This document shows, one piece after another, positions 19,016 to 29,333 of a DNA stretch of 64,000 nt (positions are counted from its first letter, which is position 1; each line of letters opens with the position of its first letter). Position numbers and translations under genes: made by a program. The DNA comes from Terriglobia bacterium. GTDB taxonomy: Bacteria; Acidobacteriota; Terriglobia; Acidiferrales; UBA7541. The DNA lies in contig OY968796.1 of NCBI GenBank assembly GCA_963695545.1, forward strand, positions 2,944,001 to 3,008,000, in the 5' to 3' direction. The notes under the pieces are model-generated. The model worked only from the letters and a program-made list of their open reading frames with translations, was not told the DNA's origin and made no database searches.

Positions 19016-20131
19016 ATGCGATTGCGCTGTGTTTGCGGTTTCTTGGTTGCGTTGGCGGTCGCGCCGGCGGCATTTGCGGATGGGACGATTCGGTATACGT
19101 CGAGCGTGAAATTCGGGCCGATCGTGGCCGCGCTGGCGGCCACGCAGGCGGCGCATGGGAATGGCTCGATCAATGTGACGCCGCCGCAGGCCCCATCGGT
19201 GACCATGCACTTAAAGGGCGACACGATGGAACAGGACGGGGGCGCGTTCACTGGGATTTACGATTCAAAGACGGGGCAGATCACGCTGATCGATCCCAAG
19301 CGCAAAATTTTTGCGACGTCGAGTTTGAAAGATTTGGTCGACCAGCTGGTTGCGTCTCTGCCGGCGCAGCGGCCGCTGCCGCCGCAGGCGCAAGTGTTTT
19401 TGAAATCGATCACCACGACGTTCGCTTCGCAGAAAACCGGGCGGACCGGGATGACATTGGGCCTCGAGACCGAGGAAACCGAGATGACGTTTTCTGTGAA
19501 TATAACTTTGCCGCCGGGTTTGCTGCCGCCGATGCCGAACACGCCGTTTCAACCGGGCGCGCCGATAACTCTTCTGAAGATCGTGTTCGACATCTGGAAT
19601 CCCACGGCGGCAGAGATGGCGCGGGTACCGGCGCTCGGCGAGATCGCGAGCTATTGGTCGGATCAATCGTCGATGAACGGCGATTTCGCGGGCGTGGTCA
19701 CGGAGGTGCAGAAAGCGCTCGCGAAGTATCCGGGGCTCGGCGCCGCGCTTCCGGCCATGATGGCGGACTCGTTCAAGAACAAGAGGGGGACATTGAAATG
19801 TGATGTCGGAGTGTACGCGCCGGTGCTCGCGCAGATTGCTCCGATGATGAAGGCGCACGGCGTGGCGGATTTCGATCCGAATGCCGCGGTGGTGGATTTC
19901 ACCGTGGAGGCCACGGAGGTGTCGAGCGAGCCGATTGACGACGCGGTGTTCAAAGTGCCCGGCGACTATCACGCGACTCCGTTTGCTGATTTTCTCCGGC
20001 CCGGGAGCGCGACGAAAACCGGGCGGCTTGGGGGATTCAGCGCGCATGCTGGGGGTGGCAGCATGCAGATGGATCGCGGCATGTCGAGCGAACCGGCAGA
20101 CGAGTATGAGTTTGGACGCCGGCCGTTCTGA
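19016..20131 (+). CDS. Secreted hypothetical protein (DUF4412-like)
   Basis: Signal peptide ending AAFA, I.D.KTG.ITLIDP..K and EVSSEPIDDAVFKVPGDY. GGAGG RBS. Confidence 0.7.
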   Translation: MRLRCVCGFLVALAVAPAAFADGTIRYTSSVKFGPIVAALAATQAAHGNGSINVTPPQAPSVTMHLKGDTMEQDGGAFTGIYDSKTGQITLIDPKRKIFATSSLKDLVDQLVASLPAQRPLPPQAQVFLKSITTTFASQKTGRTGMTLGLETEETEMTFSVNITLPPGLLPPMPNTPFQPGAPITLLKIVFDIWNPTAAEMARVPALGEIASYWSDQSSMNGDFAGVVTEVQKALAKYPGLGAALPAMMADSFKNKRGTLKCDVGVYAPVLAQIAPMMKAHGVADFDPNAAVVDFTVEATEVSSEPIDDAVFKVPGDYHATPFADFLRPGSATKTGRLGGFSAHAGGGSMQMDRGMSSEPADEYEFGRRPF

Positions 20132-20188
20132 CGGCGTCGCGAGGCGCGTTAAGTTGCAGGCGTGGCGAGATTCGAGAGGCGCGAAAAC

Positions 20189-21181
20189 GTGAGGGCCGCG
20201 ATTTTTACGGCGGGGCGCGCGACGGCTGGGCGGTTCGTCGAAATCGAGAACCTTCCGCGTCCGCAAGTGAAGGCCGGGTACGTTTTGCTGCGCGTGGTTG
20301 CGTGTGGAGTTTGCCGCACGGATCTGCACATTGTCGAAGGCGATTTGCCGGCGATTCAGCCCAGGCTGATCCCCGGTCATCAGATCGTGGGCGAAGTGAC
20401 GGAGGGTGCGACGCCGGAGTTGCCGGTGGGAACGCGCGTGGGCGTTTCGTGGATGGGCGGCGTGGATGGCGAGTGCTGGTATTGCCGGCACGCGATGGAA
20501 AATTTGTGCGACAAGCCGACGTTTACCGGGTACACGGTGAACGGCGGGTACGCGGAGTATGCGTTGGTGCGCGCGGATTTCACGTATCCGTTGCCGCCCG
20601 GTTTGGACGACGTTCATGCCGCGCCGTTGCTTTGCGCGGGGATCATCGGGTTCCGCAGTTTGCGCGTGGCGGGGATCGAGCGCGGCGAGCGCGTGGGACT
20701 TTTTGGCTTCGGCAGCTCCGCGAGCTTGGCGATCGCGATTTTGCAATCGTGGAAATGCGAAGTGTATGTGGTGACGCGAGGCGAGTCGCATCGCAAATCG
20801 GCGGCGGCGCTCGGAGCGACGTGGGTCGGCGCGGAGGACGCGAAGCCGCCGGTGGAATTCGACCGCGCCGTGACCTTCGCGCCGAGCGGGAAGGTGGTGG
20901 TGAGCGCGCTCGCGAGTTTGCGCAGAGGCGGCGTGGTGGCGATCAATGCGATTCATCTGGATCAGATGCCCGCCTTCGATTACGACAAACTACTTTGGGG
21001 CGAGCGGCAGATTCGCAGCGTGGCCAACATGACGCGGCAGGACGCGCGCGATTTTCTGAAAATTGCGAAGGAACTGAATATTCGCCCGCGCGTCACGCCG
21101 TTTCCGCTCGACGATGCAAACAGCGCGCTTCTTGCCGTGAAACAAGAGAGCGCAGATGGATCGGCTGTGATCGTGCTGTGA
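20189..21181 (+). CDS. Zinc-binding alcohol dehydrogenase (MDR, AdhP-like)
   Basis: CGVCRTDLH, IPGHQIVG, GECWYC...ENLC, APLLCAG, GLFGFG. Confidence 0.92.
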   Translation: MRAAIFTAGRATAGRFVEIENLPRPQVKAGYVLLRVVACGVCRTDLHIVEGDLPAIQPRLIPGHQIVGEVTEGATPELPVGTRVGVSWMGGVDGECWYCRHAMENLCDKPTFTGYTVNGGYAEYALVRADFTYPLPPGLDDVHAAPLLCAGIIGFRSLRVAGIERGERVGLFGFGSSASLAIAILQSWKCEVYVVTRGESHRKSAAALGATWVGAEDAKPPVEFDRAVTFAPSGKVVVSALASLRRGGVVAINAIHLDQMPAFDYDKLLWGERQIRSVANMTRQDARDFLKIAKELNIRPRVTPFPLDDANSALLAVKQESADGSAVIVL

Positions 21182-21353
21182 AGATCGAGCTGAGACTTCC
21201 AAAATCATTTCTCGGTTGGCGCGCGATGTAAATATGAAGGACACTTTTTGCGGGCGCCAAGGCTCGCCGCGATCTCACGGGTATTTTCCCCACGCTTCTA
21301 CATGATCTCCTTGATTGCTGGTTCTCCTCTGCGACGATAGCGTGTAAGGCGAG

Positions 21354-21986
21354 ATGAAAGAACACACGCGGATCGGAAGAGGTGTTTTCACGAAATGGAT
21401 TTTTGTTGTCTGCCTTGCGGGCGCGACGTTCTGCGGCAGCGCGAATGCCAGGAGGGTTGCGGCGCGGACAGAGACGCGGGCGAACGCCGACGGCGATGCG
21501 AGCCAGGACGCGAGTAAAATTCAGGTGCGCAACAACGCCGCCAGTTTGCTGTACGGTCTGCTTGGCGATGAGAAAAGCGTGGACAAGATCCTGCTCATCA
21601 AACACCCGCGCACGGGCTTGAAGCGCGTGATTAAGGCGATTTCAAAAACGGCGGGCGACGGCCAGGACCAGTTGGACGCATTGGCGAAAGACGATAAGAC
21701 GCTCGATTTGCACGCGCTCGAACTTCCGCCCGGCGAAATGGCCACGCGCGACGCCATTCGCAAGACTGACGAGCATGATTTGATTTTTTCCTGGGGCGTG
21801 AAGTTCGATATGGACCTGCTGCTTTCGCAGACCGACGCGCTGAACTATGGCTCGCATCTGGCGAAAATCGCGGCGGACAATTCCACTTCGCCCGAGCAGC
21901 AAAAACAATTTCACGCGCTCGACGTCGCGCTGAACGCGATGTTCAACCGGGTCGTGGCGAATATTCGCGCCCTCCCGGCAAAATAG
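21354..21986 (+). CDS. Secreted helical hypothetical protein
   Basis: N-terminal hydrophobic signal and backbone-like codon usage; no family recognised. Confidence 0.7.
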   Translation: MKEHTRIGRGVFTKWIFVVCLAGATFCGSANARRVAARTETRANADGDASQDASKIQVRNNAASLLYGLLGDEKSVDKILLIKHPRTGLKRVIKAISKTAGDGQDQLDALAKDDKTLDLHALELPPGEMATRDAIRKTDEHDLIFSWGVKFDMDLLLSQTDALNYGSHLAKIAADNSTSPEQQKQFHALDVALNAMFNRVVANIRALPAK

Positions 21987-22114
21987 CACCGAGTCGCACC
22001 GCGGAAGAGAGAGTCAAAAACCGCATCCGCGAAAACGAAGGCGCGAAGTCCGCGTCGCAGGCCCCGCCTTGCGGTGCACCATCCCGCGATTGACGCTTCT
22101 TGGCGGGCGCGATG

Positions 22115-22339
22115 TTACGCGCTGGCGGCTTCTTTTTCGGCGCCGGCGACGGTAACGGCTTTGATTTCGAGGCCGTTCTTATTCATATCGAAGCGCTGCT
22201 TGCGATCCAATTTCTTGACGAATTCGCGCGTGGCCTTGGCAACTGCGCCGGGAAGGCTCGAGGCGTCGACCTTGACGGTCGATCCCGCGTCAGAATTGCT
22301 GCGATCCTGATAGTGGAATGAAACTTCGAAGGTTTTCAT
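22115..22339 (-). CDS. Small hypothetical protein (74 aa)
   Basis: ATG with GGAGAG RBS and protein-like composition. Confidence 0.7.
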   Translation of the reverse strand: MKTFEVSFHYQDRSNSDAGSTVKVDASSLPGAVAKATREFVKKLDRKQRFDMNKNGLEIKAVTVAGAEKEAASA

Positions 22340-22491
22340 GTTCTCTCCATTCGTGTTTTGCGCCTCTCGATTTCCCTGGGCTTGATCTCGTTGCGCCTAT
22401 GCAGATTCGATGATAACCCGCGGGACGAGAGTACTCAAATGCGCAACGCAATCGCGCGTCGAGTCCGGGCCCGGATTCCGACGGCAGCGCG

Positions 22492-22968
22492 CTAGTTCTC
22501 TTTTATCTTCACCACGATGTAGCGGATGGAACCTCCGGGGGCGACGATCATCTGGTGCGGCGTTCCGGCCATGATGTGGATGATGTCGCCCTTCGAGATG
22601 GGTTGCGGATGACCGCCGGCGACGCCGGAGCCACGCGTTTCGCCGTCGGCGCCGGTTTGGGCGTCGACCACCGTGCCGCCGGTGACTTCGGTTGCGGCGC
22701 CGTCGACGACGATCATGATGTCGTCAAAGTGGGCGTGGACTTCGCCGCCGCCGCTTTTGGTGCGCACGGAGAGCGCGAGCGAGTGAGTTCCGGCGTCGAA
22801 CAGCTTATTCGTGGCGCTGCCGGAGAATTGCATTTGAGCGTTGTCGATCAATGTTGCGAGCTGTGTCTGGATGTCTTGCGACGCGAAATAGTCTGTGCGG
22901 CTGGGGGCTTGCCCGGCGGCCGCGAAAGCGAAAATTGCGAGTGCGGCGAAACTGAAAATATGTTTCAT
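22492..22968 (-). CDS. Secreted cupin-domain protein
   Basis: Signal peptide MKHIFSFAALAIFAFAAAG, GEVHAHFDDIMIVVDG and GDIIHIMAGTPHQ. AGGAG RBS. Confidence 0.85.
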   Translation of the reverse strand: MKHIFSFAALAIFAFAAAGQAPSRTDYFASQDIQTQLATLIDNAQMQFSGSATNKLFDAGTHSLALSVRTKSGGGEVHAHFDDIMIVVDGAATEVTGGTVVDAQTGADGETRGSGVAGGHPQPISKGDIIHIMAGTPHQMIVAPGGSIRYIVVKIKEN

Positions 22969-23021
22969 TGTCGATCTCCTCTTAGTTCTCGTGGCCGGTG
23001 TCGTTAAAATCAAGGATCGCG

Positions 23022-25118
23022 TCAGTTGCTCGATCCGGCGGGGGCGGGCTGCGACGGTTTCGCGGGCGCGCTCGGCGCGCCGCTTTGCGCGGAATGCGGC
23101 GCTCGCGGCACCTGCTGAATTAGCCAGCGGACAACTTCCCAGCCGCCGGCGTAGTTGTCGAAACCCTCCATGTTCGGCTTGCGGCCGTCGGTGTACTCGT
23201 TGTAGACCCACGGATCGATGACGGCGAAGACTGTGCCTTTGCCGTATTTCGCGCTGGCCATCACGTTGACGCCGTTGTAGGTGAGCACGGCCTTGGCGTT
23301 TCCGGAGAGCGAAAGATCGGTTGTGTCTTTCATGAAAAGCGTGTGGGCGGATTGGAAGACCGGGCCGCCGGCGGCCACGGGAATTTTGCCTTTGTCGTGG
23401 GGTTCGTAGTCGAGCATGTGGAATCTGGTGACGTTTTCAAATTGGATGCCGAAAGGTTTGCCGAGGCGGCACAGGCCGGGAATATCGGTGTTGAGCGGAT
23501 CGTTCGTCATGATCACGAGCACGCCGCCTTGCTTCACCCACGCGGCAATCTGCGCGACATCGGTCGGCTGAATGTAATGCGGATGCGGATTCCAAAGCGG
23601 AACGTCGGGCGGCACCACGACGTAGATATTGGCGTGCGCGAGATTTTTCAGCGTTGGCGCGGTTGCAAGCGTATCGGTGGTAACGCCGTAGGTGCGGAAA
23701 ATATGGTTGAAGAACGAATAGCCCGAGTTGGATTTGTCGTTAATCTTATAGTGGAACGGAACCATTTGTCCTGACGCGTCTTTGCGCATCTGGCTATTGA
23801 ACCAGCCGTCGAACAGCGCGGTTTCACCTTTGCCCAACGCGCCGAGCGGCGCCCTTTCCATCGCCACGCTGGCCATCAGAAACGCGCCGATGCCTTTGGG
23901 GTCGTTGTCGATCACCGGCGTGGTGACGTAATAGTGATAGCTATCCGCGCGCGACATATCGCCGGCGAGGCTCACGCCCTTAACCGTGCTGGTGAGCGTG
24001 ATCGAACCATCAGCGCCCACCTTGACGAATTGTTTCAGGATGCCTTGATAGGCGCGCGCGGCGTTGTCGGAATAACGCGCGGGCAAATAGCCGAGGTGCA
24101 CGCCTTTCTCGAGCGCGTACGTAAACATGCACGCGGCGGAAGATTCAAGATAGTTGCCGGGCGCGTTCGGCTGGTCGGTCACTTGATACCAGAGACCTGT
24201 CGCAGGGTCCTGATAGCGAACGATGGCGGCGGCCAGGCGATTCAGAATCGCGAGAAGTTTCGCGCGGCCGGGATCGTTGGGCGCGTAGTAGGGAATCGTA
24301 TCGACCAACGCCATCATGTACCAGCCCATGGAGCGCGACCAGAAAATCGGCGAATCACCTGTGGTTTTATCGGCCCATGGTTGCAGATGCGCTTCGTCCC
24401 AGCCGTGATAGAGCAGGCCGGTCTTCGGATCGCGCGCGTGCATTTCGCTGACCGCAAATTGCCTGGTGATGTCCTCAAAATCCTGCGGCTCGTTGAACGT
24501 GTGCGCATATTCCGCGTAGAACGGCTCGGCCATGTACAAGCCGTCGAGCCACATCTCCTGCGGATATTTATCTTTGTGCCAGAACACGCCCTCCGGCGTG
24601 CGCGGCTGCTGCGCGAGTTGATCGCGCAGGAGCGTCGCCGCGTTGTAATAGCGCACATCCTGCGTCACGGCGTAGAGCAAGAGCAGTTGATGCCCAAGGC
24701 GAACGTCGTCGAGAGCGAATTCCTGCGAACCGTCGTGGGGATTGTAAGTGCGGATGGAGGTTCCGTCGGGCGAAAGGAATTGATCGACCGAAGATTTGAT
24801 GTACTTGAAATAATCGCCGTCAGCCGTGTCGTACCAAACGGCTTCCACGCCGGTGAGCAGCGTGCCCATCTCATAATTCCACACCCAATTCGCGCCCGGC
24901 GGTGCGAAGCGGCCATCAGGCCATCGCGCGATGGTGGAATTCGCCATGCGTTGCGACCACGGCAGATCCTGCGCGTGCGCGCCGAGCGAGGAGCACGCGC
25001 CAAACAAAACGAGCGCCGCGATCCCCGCGGCGAACGCGCCCACGCGATGCTTTCCGTGCGGCTGAGTGGCGGCGGGAGAGACATCAGAACAGGGAACCGA
25101 TCGATTGCCGAGAGTCAT
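23022..25118 (-). CDS. Unsaturated rhamnogalacturonyl hydrolase (GH105/GH88) with C-terminal DUF4350-like domain
   Basis: WNYEMG, FWHKDKYP..MWLDGLYMAEPF, GLLYHGWDE, FWSRSMGW, GLWYQV, NYLESSA. Start uncertain. Confidence 0.92.
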   Translation of the reverse strand: MTLGNRSVPCSDVSPAATQPHGKHRVGAFAAGIAALVLFGACSSLGAHAQDLPWSQRMANSTIARWPDGRFAPPGANWVWNYEMGTLLTGVEAVWYDTADGDYFKYIKSSVDQFLSPDGTSIRTYNPHDGSQEFALDDVRLGHQLLLLYAVTQDVRYYNAATLLRDQLAQQPRTPEGVFWHKDKYPQEMWLDGLYMAEPFYAEYAHTFNEPQDFEDITRQFAVSEMHARDPKTGLLYHGWDEAHLQPWADKTTGDSPIFWSRSMGWYMMALVDTIPYYAPNDPGRAKLLAILNRLAAAIVRYQDPATGLWYQVTDQPNAPGNYLESSAACMFTYALEKGVHLGYLPARYSDNAARAYQGILKQFVKVGADGSITLTSTVKGVSLAGDMSRADSYHYYVTTPVIDNDPKGIGAFLMASVAMERAPLGALGKGETALFDGWFNSQMRKDASGQMVPFHYKINDKSNSGYSFFNHIFRTYGVTTDTLATAPTLKNLAHANIYVVVPPDVPLWNPHPHYIQPTDVAQIAAWVKQGGVLVIMTNDPLNTDIPGLCRLGKPFGIQFENVTRFHMLDYEPHDKGKIPVAAGGPVFQSAHTLFMKDTTDLSLSGNAKAVLTYNGVNVMASAKYGKGTVFAVIDPWVYNEYTDGRKPNMEGFDNYAGGWEVVRWLIQQVPRAPHSAQSGAPSAPAKPSQPAPAGSSN

Positions 25119-25358
25119 CGTGGACGCTCCCAAAACGAAAGTGGCCGGACACCGGAACATCAGTTTCAAACGAGCCAATCGTTTCTATCAGAAACGGCGG
25201 CGCATGTCTCGGGCGTTCTGGACGCGCGTCCCGGCATGTGGGACGCGCGCGCCCGACGCGCGCGCCGTTCGCGCGAGCGTCGATTCTGCGCCGGCGCGGC
25301 GAACACCTGTCCCTTCGGACAGTCCGCGTCCGCCCCGCGCACTTGCGCTCTCGTACCA

Positions 25359-25387
25359 TTGACCCTGCCTAGACCTCTATCTAGCAT
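25359..25387 (+). promoter_or_regulatory. Candidate sigma70 promoter for the PilZ genes
   Basis: TTGACC, 17 bp, TAGCAT. Confidence 0.5.
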
Positions 25388-25490
25388 CGACGCAGTGAAT
25401 CTTGCGCCCAGATCCGGCGCAGCTACGATCTCGCGCTCCCCGGAGGCAATCGACCGGGCCGGCGAGACCCGCAGCGGTCCACGAGGTTCC

Positions 25491-25841
25491 ATGCCCCACT
25501 CCATGCCCAAAACCGAATTCGTCGAAACGCGATTGCGCGGCCGCGAGAAGCGCAGAGGCGTGCGCATGAATTCGCGCGTGCCCGTGTCGATCGAGTGGCA
25601 AAGCGCCTCCGGCGCAGCGTGCCAGGAGGCCGTACACACTCGCGTTGTAGGGCCCTACGGCTGCCTGCTGGTTCTGCCGGTCGAGATCACCGTCGAGCAG
25701 GCAGTCCGCGTAACCAACCTGACCAGCCAGCGCACCAACGAAGCGATGGTCGTATGGCGGGGCCACAAACAATCCGATGGCTGGGAGCTGGGGATCGAGC
25801 TGATCGAACCGGAAATGGACTTCTGGGGGGTAGAGCTATGA
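25491..25841 (+). CDS. PilZ-domain protein 1
   Basis: EKRRGVR (RxxxR), then TRVVGPYGCLL...AMVVW...LGIEL...FWG. Confidence 0.75.
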   Translation: MPHSMPKTEFVETRLRGREKRRGVRMNSRVPVSIEWQSASGAACQEAVHTRVVGPYGCLLVLPVEITVEQAVRVTNLTSQRTNEAMVVWRGHKQSDGWELGIELIEPEMDFWGVEL

Positions 25842-26212
25842 GCGAGTCCAAAGGAAAAGGCGCGGGAAAAGGCTCCGCGGTTCGCCTCGAAGAGCGCCGC
25901 CGCAGCCAGCGCGTGGTGATTCGCATGCCCGTGACCTTGCAGGTGATCCTCGCGGATCAGACCGTAACATTCGCCGCGCACACCGTGGCCGTGAACGACG
26001 AAGGCGCCATGCTGGCCTCCCCGCGAACTCTCGCCGTGGATACGCAACTCCAGATCACCAACGATCGCACGCGACAGCACGCCACCGCTCGCGTCACGCG
26101 CACGCCGCCCGACAGCAGCGAAGGATTTCTGATTCCCGTGGAATTCGTTTCCCCCGCGATCGGTTTTTGGCAGATCAGTTTCCCGCCGAAGGATTGGAAG
26201 CCGGTAGACTGA
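25838..26212 (+). CDS. PilZ-domain protein 2
   Basis: ATGA overlap with the previous gene. ERRRSQRV...TVAVNDEGAML...ARV...VEF....FWQISFPP.DW. Confidence 0.8.
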   Translation: MSESKGKGAGKGSAVRLEERRRSQRVVIRMPVTLQVILADQTVTFAAHTVAVNDEGAMLASPRTLAVDTQLQITNDRTRQHATARVTRTPPDSSEGFLIPVEFVSPAIGFWQISFPPKDWKPVD

Positions 26213-26413
26213 TGGTGTTCCGCTGTCCCGCGGCGCAGGCTCCTCGCGGCCTATTTCCCGCCGAACGCGACGGGGAGTTTCAAATGCGCACTTCGCCCGC
26301 GCTCCGCACTTGCCTTCGCGCCGCGGCGCGCTAGAATCGTTTTCCCCTTCCGAAGCTCGATCGCTCGCACCCCCCTTCCTGCGCGCGTGAAAAATAATCC
26401 GTGGAGGAAAATC

Positions 26414-26758
26414 ATGGATGCGCAAGAACGGCGTCGCGAGACGCGCGTGGACGTGCGGATTCCGCTGCGATTCCGGCCCATCGCCAGCCCGCACGTGCCG
26501 GAGCAAAAAGCCGATTCGGAGAACGTCTCGCCGCTCGGCGTTTATTTCACCACCGATTATCCGCTGAAAGTGGGAGTGGTGATCGTGCTCTGGATGACCA
26601 TGCCGGCGCAGGTCACCGCGAGCGTCGCGCGCGATGTGCGCTGCCTCGCGCGCGTGGTGCACGTCGAACCCACCGGGCGCTTGGTCAGAAAAGTGGGAGT
26701 CGGCCTGCGCATCGAAGAGTTCGCCAACGTCGCGATGTCCGAACGCTGGGCGAGCTGA
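26414..26758 (+). CDS. PilZ-domain protein 3
   Basis: ERRRETR and ENVSPLGVYF (RxxxR plus NxSxxG), ARVVHVE...GVGLRI. GGAGG RBS; TTGCCT-16-TAGAAT upstream. Confidence 0.85.
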   Translation: MDAQERRRETRVDVRIPLRFRPIASPHVPEQKADSENVSPLGVYFTTDYPLKVGVVIVLWMTMPAQVTASVARDVRCLARVVHVEPTGRLVRKVGVGLRIEEFANVAMSERWAS

Positions 26759-26808
26759 TCGAAATTATCGAGCCATCGTTCTGGTCGAGCGGGATCGGCG
26801 GGCGAGTA

Positions 26809-29274
26809 TCAGTGCGCCTTCGCGGGCGCGCTTGCCCCGATGGTGAACGTCACTTTGGCGCTCGTCGCGTTGTCGAATTCGTCGAACACGCGCACCGCCA
26901 GTGTGTGCTCGCCGGGCGCAAGGTTTCCCGCAAGCGTCCAATCGAAGTGTTCCTGCGCCGCGTCGTTTAGCTCGCCGACGGGCCGCACCAAAATCCAGTC
27001 GCTTGCGTCCAGACTGTATTGCGCGCGCGCGATCGAACTGCCCGGGTCGCTCGCGTCGAAGCGAATGCGCGCCGTGCCCGCGGCCGATCCTGACGAGCCG
27101 GCCACCAGATCCGCCGCGAGTCCGGTCACGATCGGCGGCGTGTTGTCCACCAGAAAGCGATCCGATTCGCGCTCGGCGGTCAGTGCGTCGGCCGGAGGAT
27201 TCGATGGCGCATCCGACGCCACGATTTTTAAATAGTAAGCGCCGTCGGGCATCGTCGATGTGTCCCAGGAATAATACCGCTGGTCGATTTTATCTTTCAG
27301 CAGCATCCAATTCGTCTCGCCCTCGCCGCGGTAGTAGACCGAAAATTCCAGCGTGTCGTCGTTATCGTCTTCCGCGCTCCAAAGCACGGATTGATAGCCC
27401 TTTTGACGAAAACCCTGCGGCGCCACCTCGAAGCGCGCATTCATTCCTTGGTTCGTCACGTTCTCGAATGCGAGCGAAGGCGAGTTGGGCGACGTCGGCA
27501 TGCGCAATTGCACCGGCATTGGTCCCGCGCCGATGCCTCCGCCGCCTCCCACCGTCGCCGGTCCCTGCACGCGCACGCCGGGTTCTTGCATCGCCACCGA
27601 ATCGATCACCGGCGCAATATTTTTCGGCAAATACGCCACGCTCACCCACGCGACTTGTGGAGACGCCGCGGCGGCCGTTCCCATGCCGCGTTTCAAAACC
27701 GCTTTCCATTGGATGAAGCGCGCCGCAGGGCAGTCCACCGTTTGCCCGGACGCATCCGAGTACGGACCCGACCACGCGCTCCAATTATCGTCGGGCGTCG
27801 ATGTGTTCCCCGAGCGCGCATACAATTCCACGCGCGCGCCCGCACCCGAAGAATGTCCGCTCGCTCCTTCGCCCCACCACGATATCCGCCCCCAATGCGA
27901 AAAATTCCGCGCGTCGAACGCCTGCGATTCAAACGTGCCTTCGGCCGCGTCGTCCGGCCCGAGCGAGAAAACCTTCCCAGGATTCGCGGTGGCCAGATAA
28001 ACCGCGCCGCTTGGCGCCGTGGCCAGCCCCGTCACCTGCTCCGAAGCCGTCTTGGCGATCTCGGAGAAAACCTGCTCGCCGTCGAGTTCGAGCACCGCGC
28101 CGTGATTGCCCGTGCCCAGCAGCAGATCGCCCGATTGCGCGCGCCCCAGGCTGTAAACCAGCAATTCGTGCGAACTCCACAACTCGGTCGGCGAGCCATC
28201 GGGCGCGATGCGATACACCGCGCTCGACGTCAGCGTCGGAAACGGAACGAACGCCAGCGCCTGATTCTGCGCCACTGCCGTCAGCGCGGCTTCCGCGGCC
28301 GGCGACTCGTCGCTGGAAAACGTCAGCGTCGGCGCGACGTTCTGTTGCGTTGTGGCTTGCGGCAAAGCAAAACCCGGCAGCGGTTGCGTGATGCGCGGCT
28401 TCTCGCCGATGGCCGCGGCGTAAATGCTGCCGTCCTTCGGATCGACCAGCAGCGCGGTCACTTCCTTCTTGTCCGTCTCGTACAGCACGAACGCGCGGCG
28501 CCCGGTGTGTTCGGGCGCGGGAATTGCAGAGCCGGCCACCTTTGCCGACGCGGGCTCGGCCGGCTCCACAGGCGGCGCGGCTTTCGGAATGCGCAAAATG
28601 CGGCCGTTCGGTTCGGTGCCGGCGATCACATTGCCGCTGCCATCGAGCGCCAGCGCGCGGATGTGCATTTCGTCGCCCGAATAAAAAAGTTGGCTTGTCC
28701 CGTCGGGCGCGACAGCGAAAATTTTCCCCGAATCGCCGGTCGCCACGTAAAGAGTTCCGTCCGAATCGAGCGCCAGATCCCAGATGTATTTGGTCTTCGG
28801 ATCGAAGAACACCGAGCTTTGTCCCGAGGGCGTGACCTTATACACCTTGCCGTCCGGCGATGTCGCCACGTAAAGATTGTCGTGCGCGTCGATGGCCAGC
28901 GCCTGCGCGGTCATTTCGGCCGACTCAAAAACTTTCGTGGCCTTTCCTTGCGCATCGAAGCGCACGACTTTCGCGCTCGATCCGCCGGCGGCGTATAGAT
29001 TTCCTTTGGAATCGAAGCGCAGCGCCCACAGGTAAGCGAGGTTCGCGTCGCCAAAATCGGCAAAGCGCGGGGCCAGTTCAAGCTTCCCGTCGCTGCGCAT
29101 GGCCACGCCGTGCGCTTCGCCTTTCTCAAATTCGTCGTAGCGCGATTGCCGCCAAAATCGCGTGTGCTCGGCCGCGAGCGGCAGAGTTCCGCAAATCAAA
29201 AGCAATCCCAGCGCGGCCAGAGCCGCGGCCCGGCCGCGCGCGTTACCTATTGGAAGCTTCATCGATCGTCTCAT
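26809..29274 (-). CDS. Large secreted beta-propeller + Ig/Fn3-like domain protein
   Basis: Signal peptide, repeated xWxLxxDxxGxLYxATGxxGKI-type blades, R.GNT..PD..WS.WS and C-terminal YSWDT..MPDG.Y.LKIVASD. Confidence 0.8.
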   Translation of the reverse strand: MRRSMKLPIGNARGRAAALAALGLLLICGTLPLAAEHTRFWRQSRYDEFEKGEAHGVAMRSDGKLELAPRFADFGDANLAYLWALRFDSKGNLYAAGGSSAKVVRFDAQGKATKVFESAEMTAQALAIDAHDNLYVATSPDGKVYKVTPSGQSSVFFDPKTKYIWDLALDSDGTLYVATGDSGKIFAVAPDGTSQLFYSGDEMHIRALALDGSGNVIAGTEPNGRILRIPKAAPPVEPAEPASAKVAGSAIPAPEHTGRRAFVLYETDKKEVTALLVDPKDGSIYAAAIGEKPRITQPLPGFALPQATTQQNVAPTLTFSSDESPAAEAALTAVAQNQALAFVPFPTLTSSAVYRIAPDGSPTELWSSHELLVYSLGRAQSGDLLLGTGNHGAVLELDGEQVFSEIAKTASEQVTGLATAPSGAVYLATANPGKVFSLGPDDAAEGTFESQAFDARNFSHWGRISWWGEGASGHSSGAGARVELYARSGNTSTPDDNWSAWSGPYSDASGQTVDCPAARFIQWKAVLKRGMGTAAAASPQVAWVSVAYLPKNIAPVIDSVAMQEPGVRVQGPATVGGGGGIGAGPMPVQLRMPTSPNSPSLAFENVTNQGMNARFEVAPQGFRQKGYQSVLWSAEDDNDDTLEFSVYYRGEGETNWMLLKDKIDQRYYSWDTSTMPDGAYYLKIVASDAPSNPPADALTAERESDRFLVDNTPPIVTGLAADLVAGSSGSAAGTARIRFDASDPGSSIARAQYSLDASDWILVRPVGELNDAAQEHFDWTLAGNLAPGEHTLAVRVFDEFDNATSAKVTFTIGASAPAKAH

Positions 29275-29333
29275 CAAAATCCTCACTGGGGTCTCGCGCG
29301 GAGCCTGACGAGCGCCCGCGGAAAAGCACGCGC

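Noticed and set aside
22012..22050. GAGTCAAAAACCGCATCC...GAAGGCGCG segment faintly like REP or family-2 ends
   Set aside because: Similarity too short and no clear palindrome.
23934..25490. 635-aa + strand ORF
   Set aside because: Antisense shadow of the GH105 gene; only the last ~116 codons (PilZ) look real.
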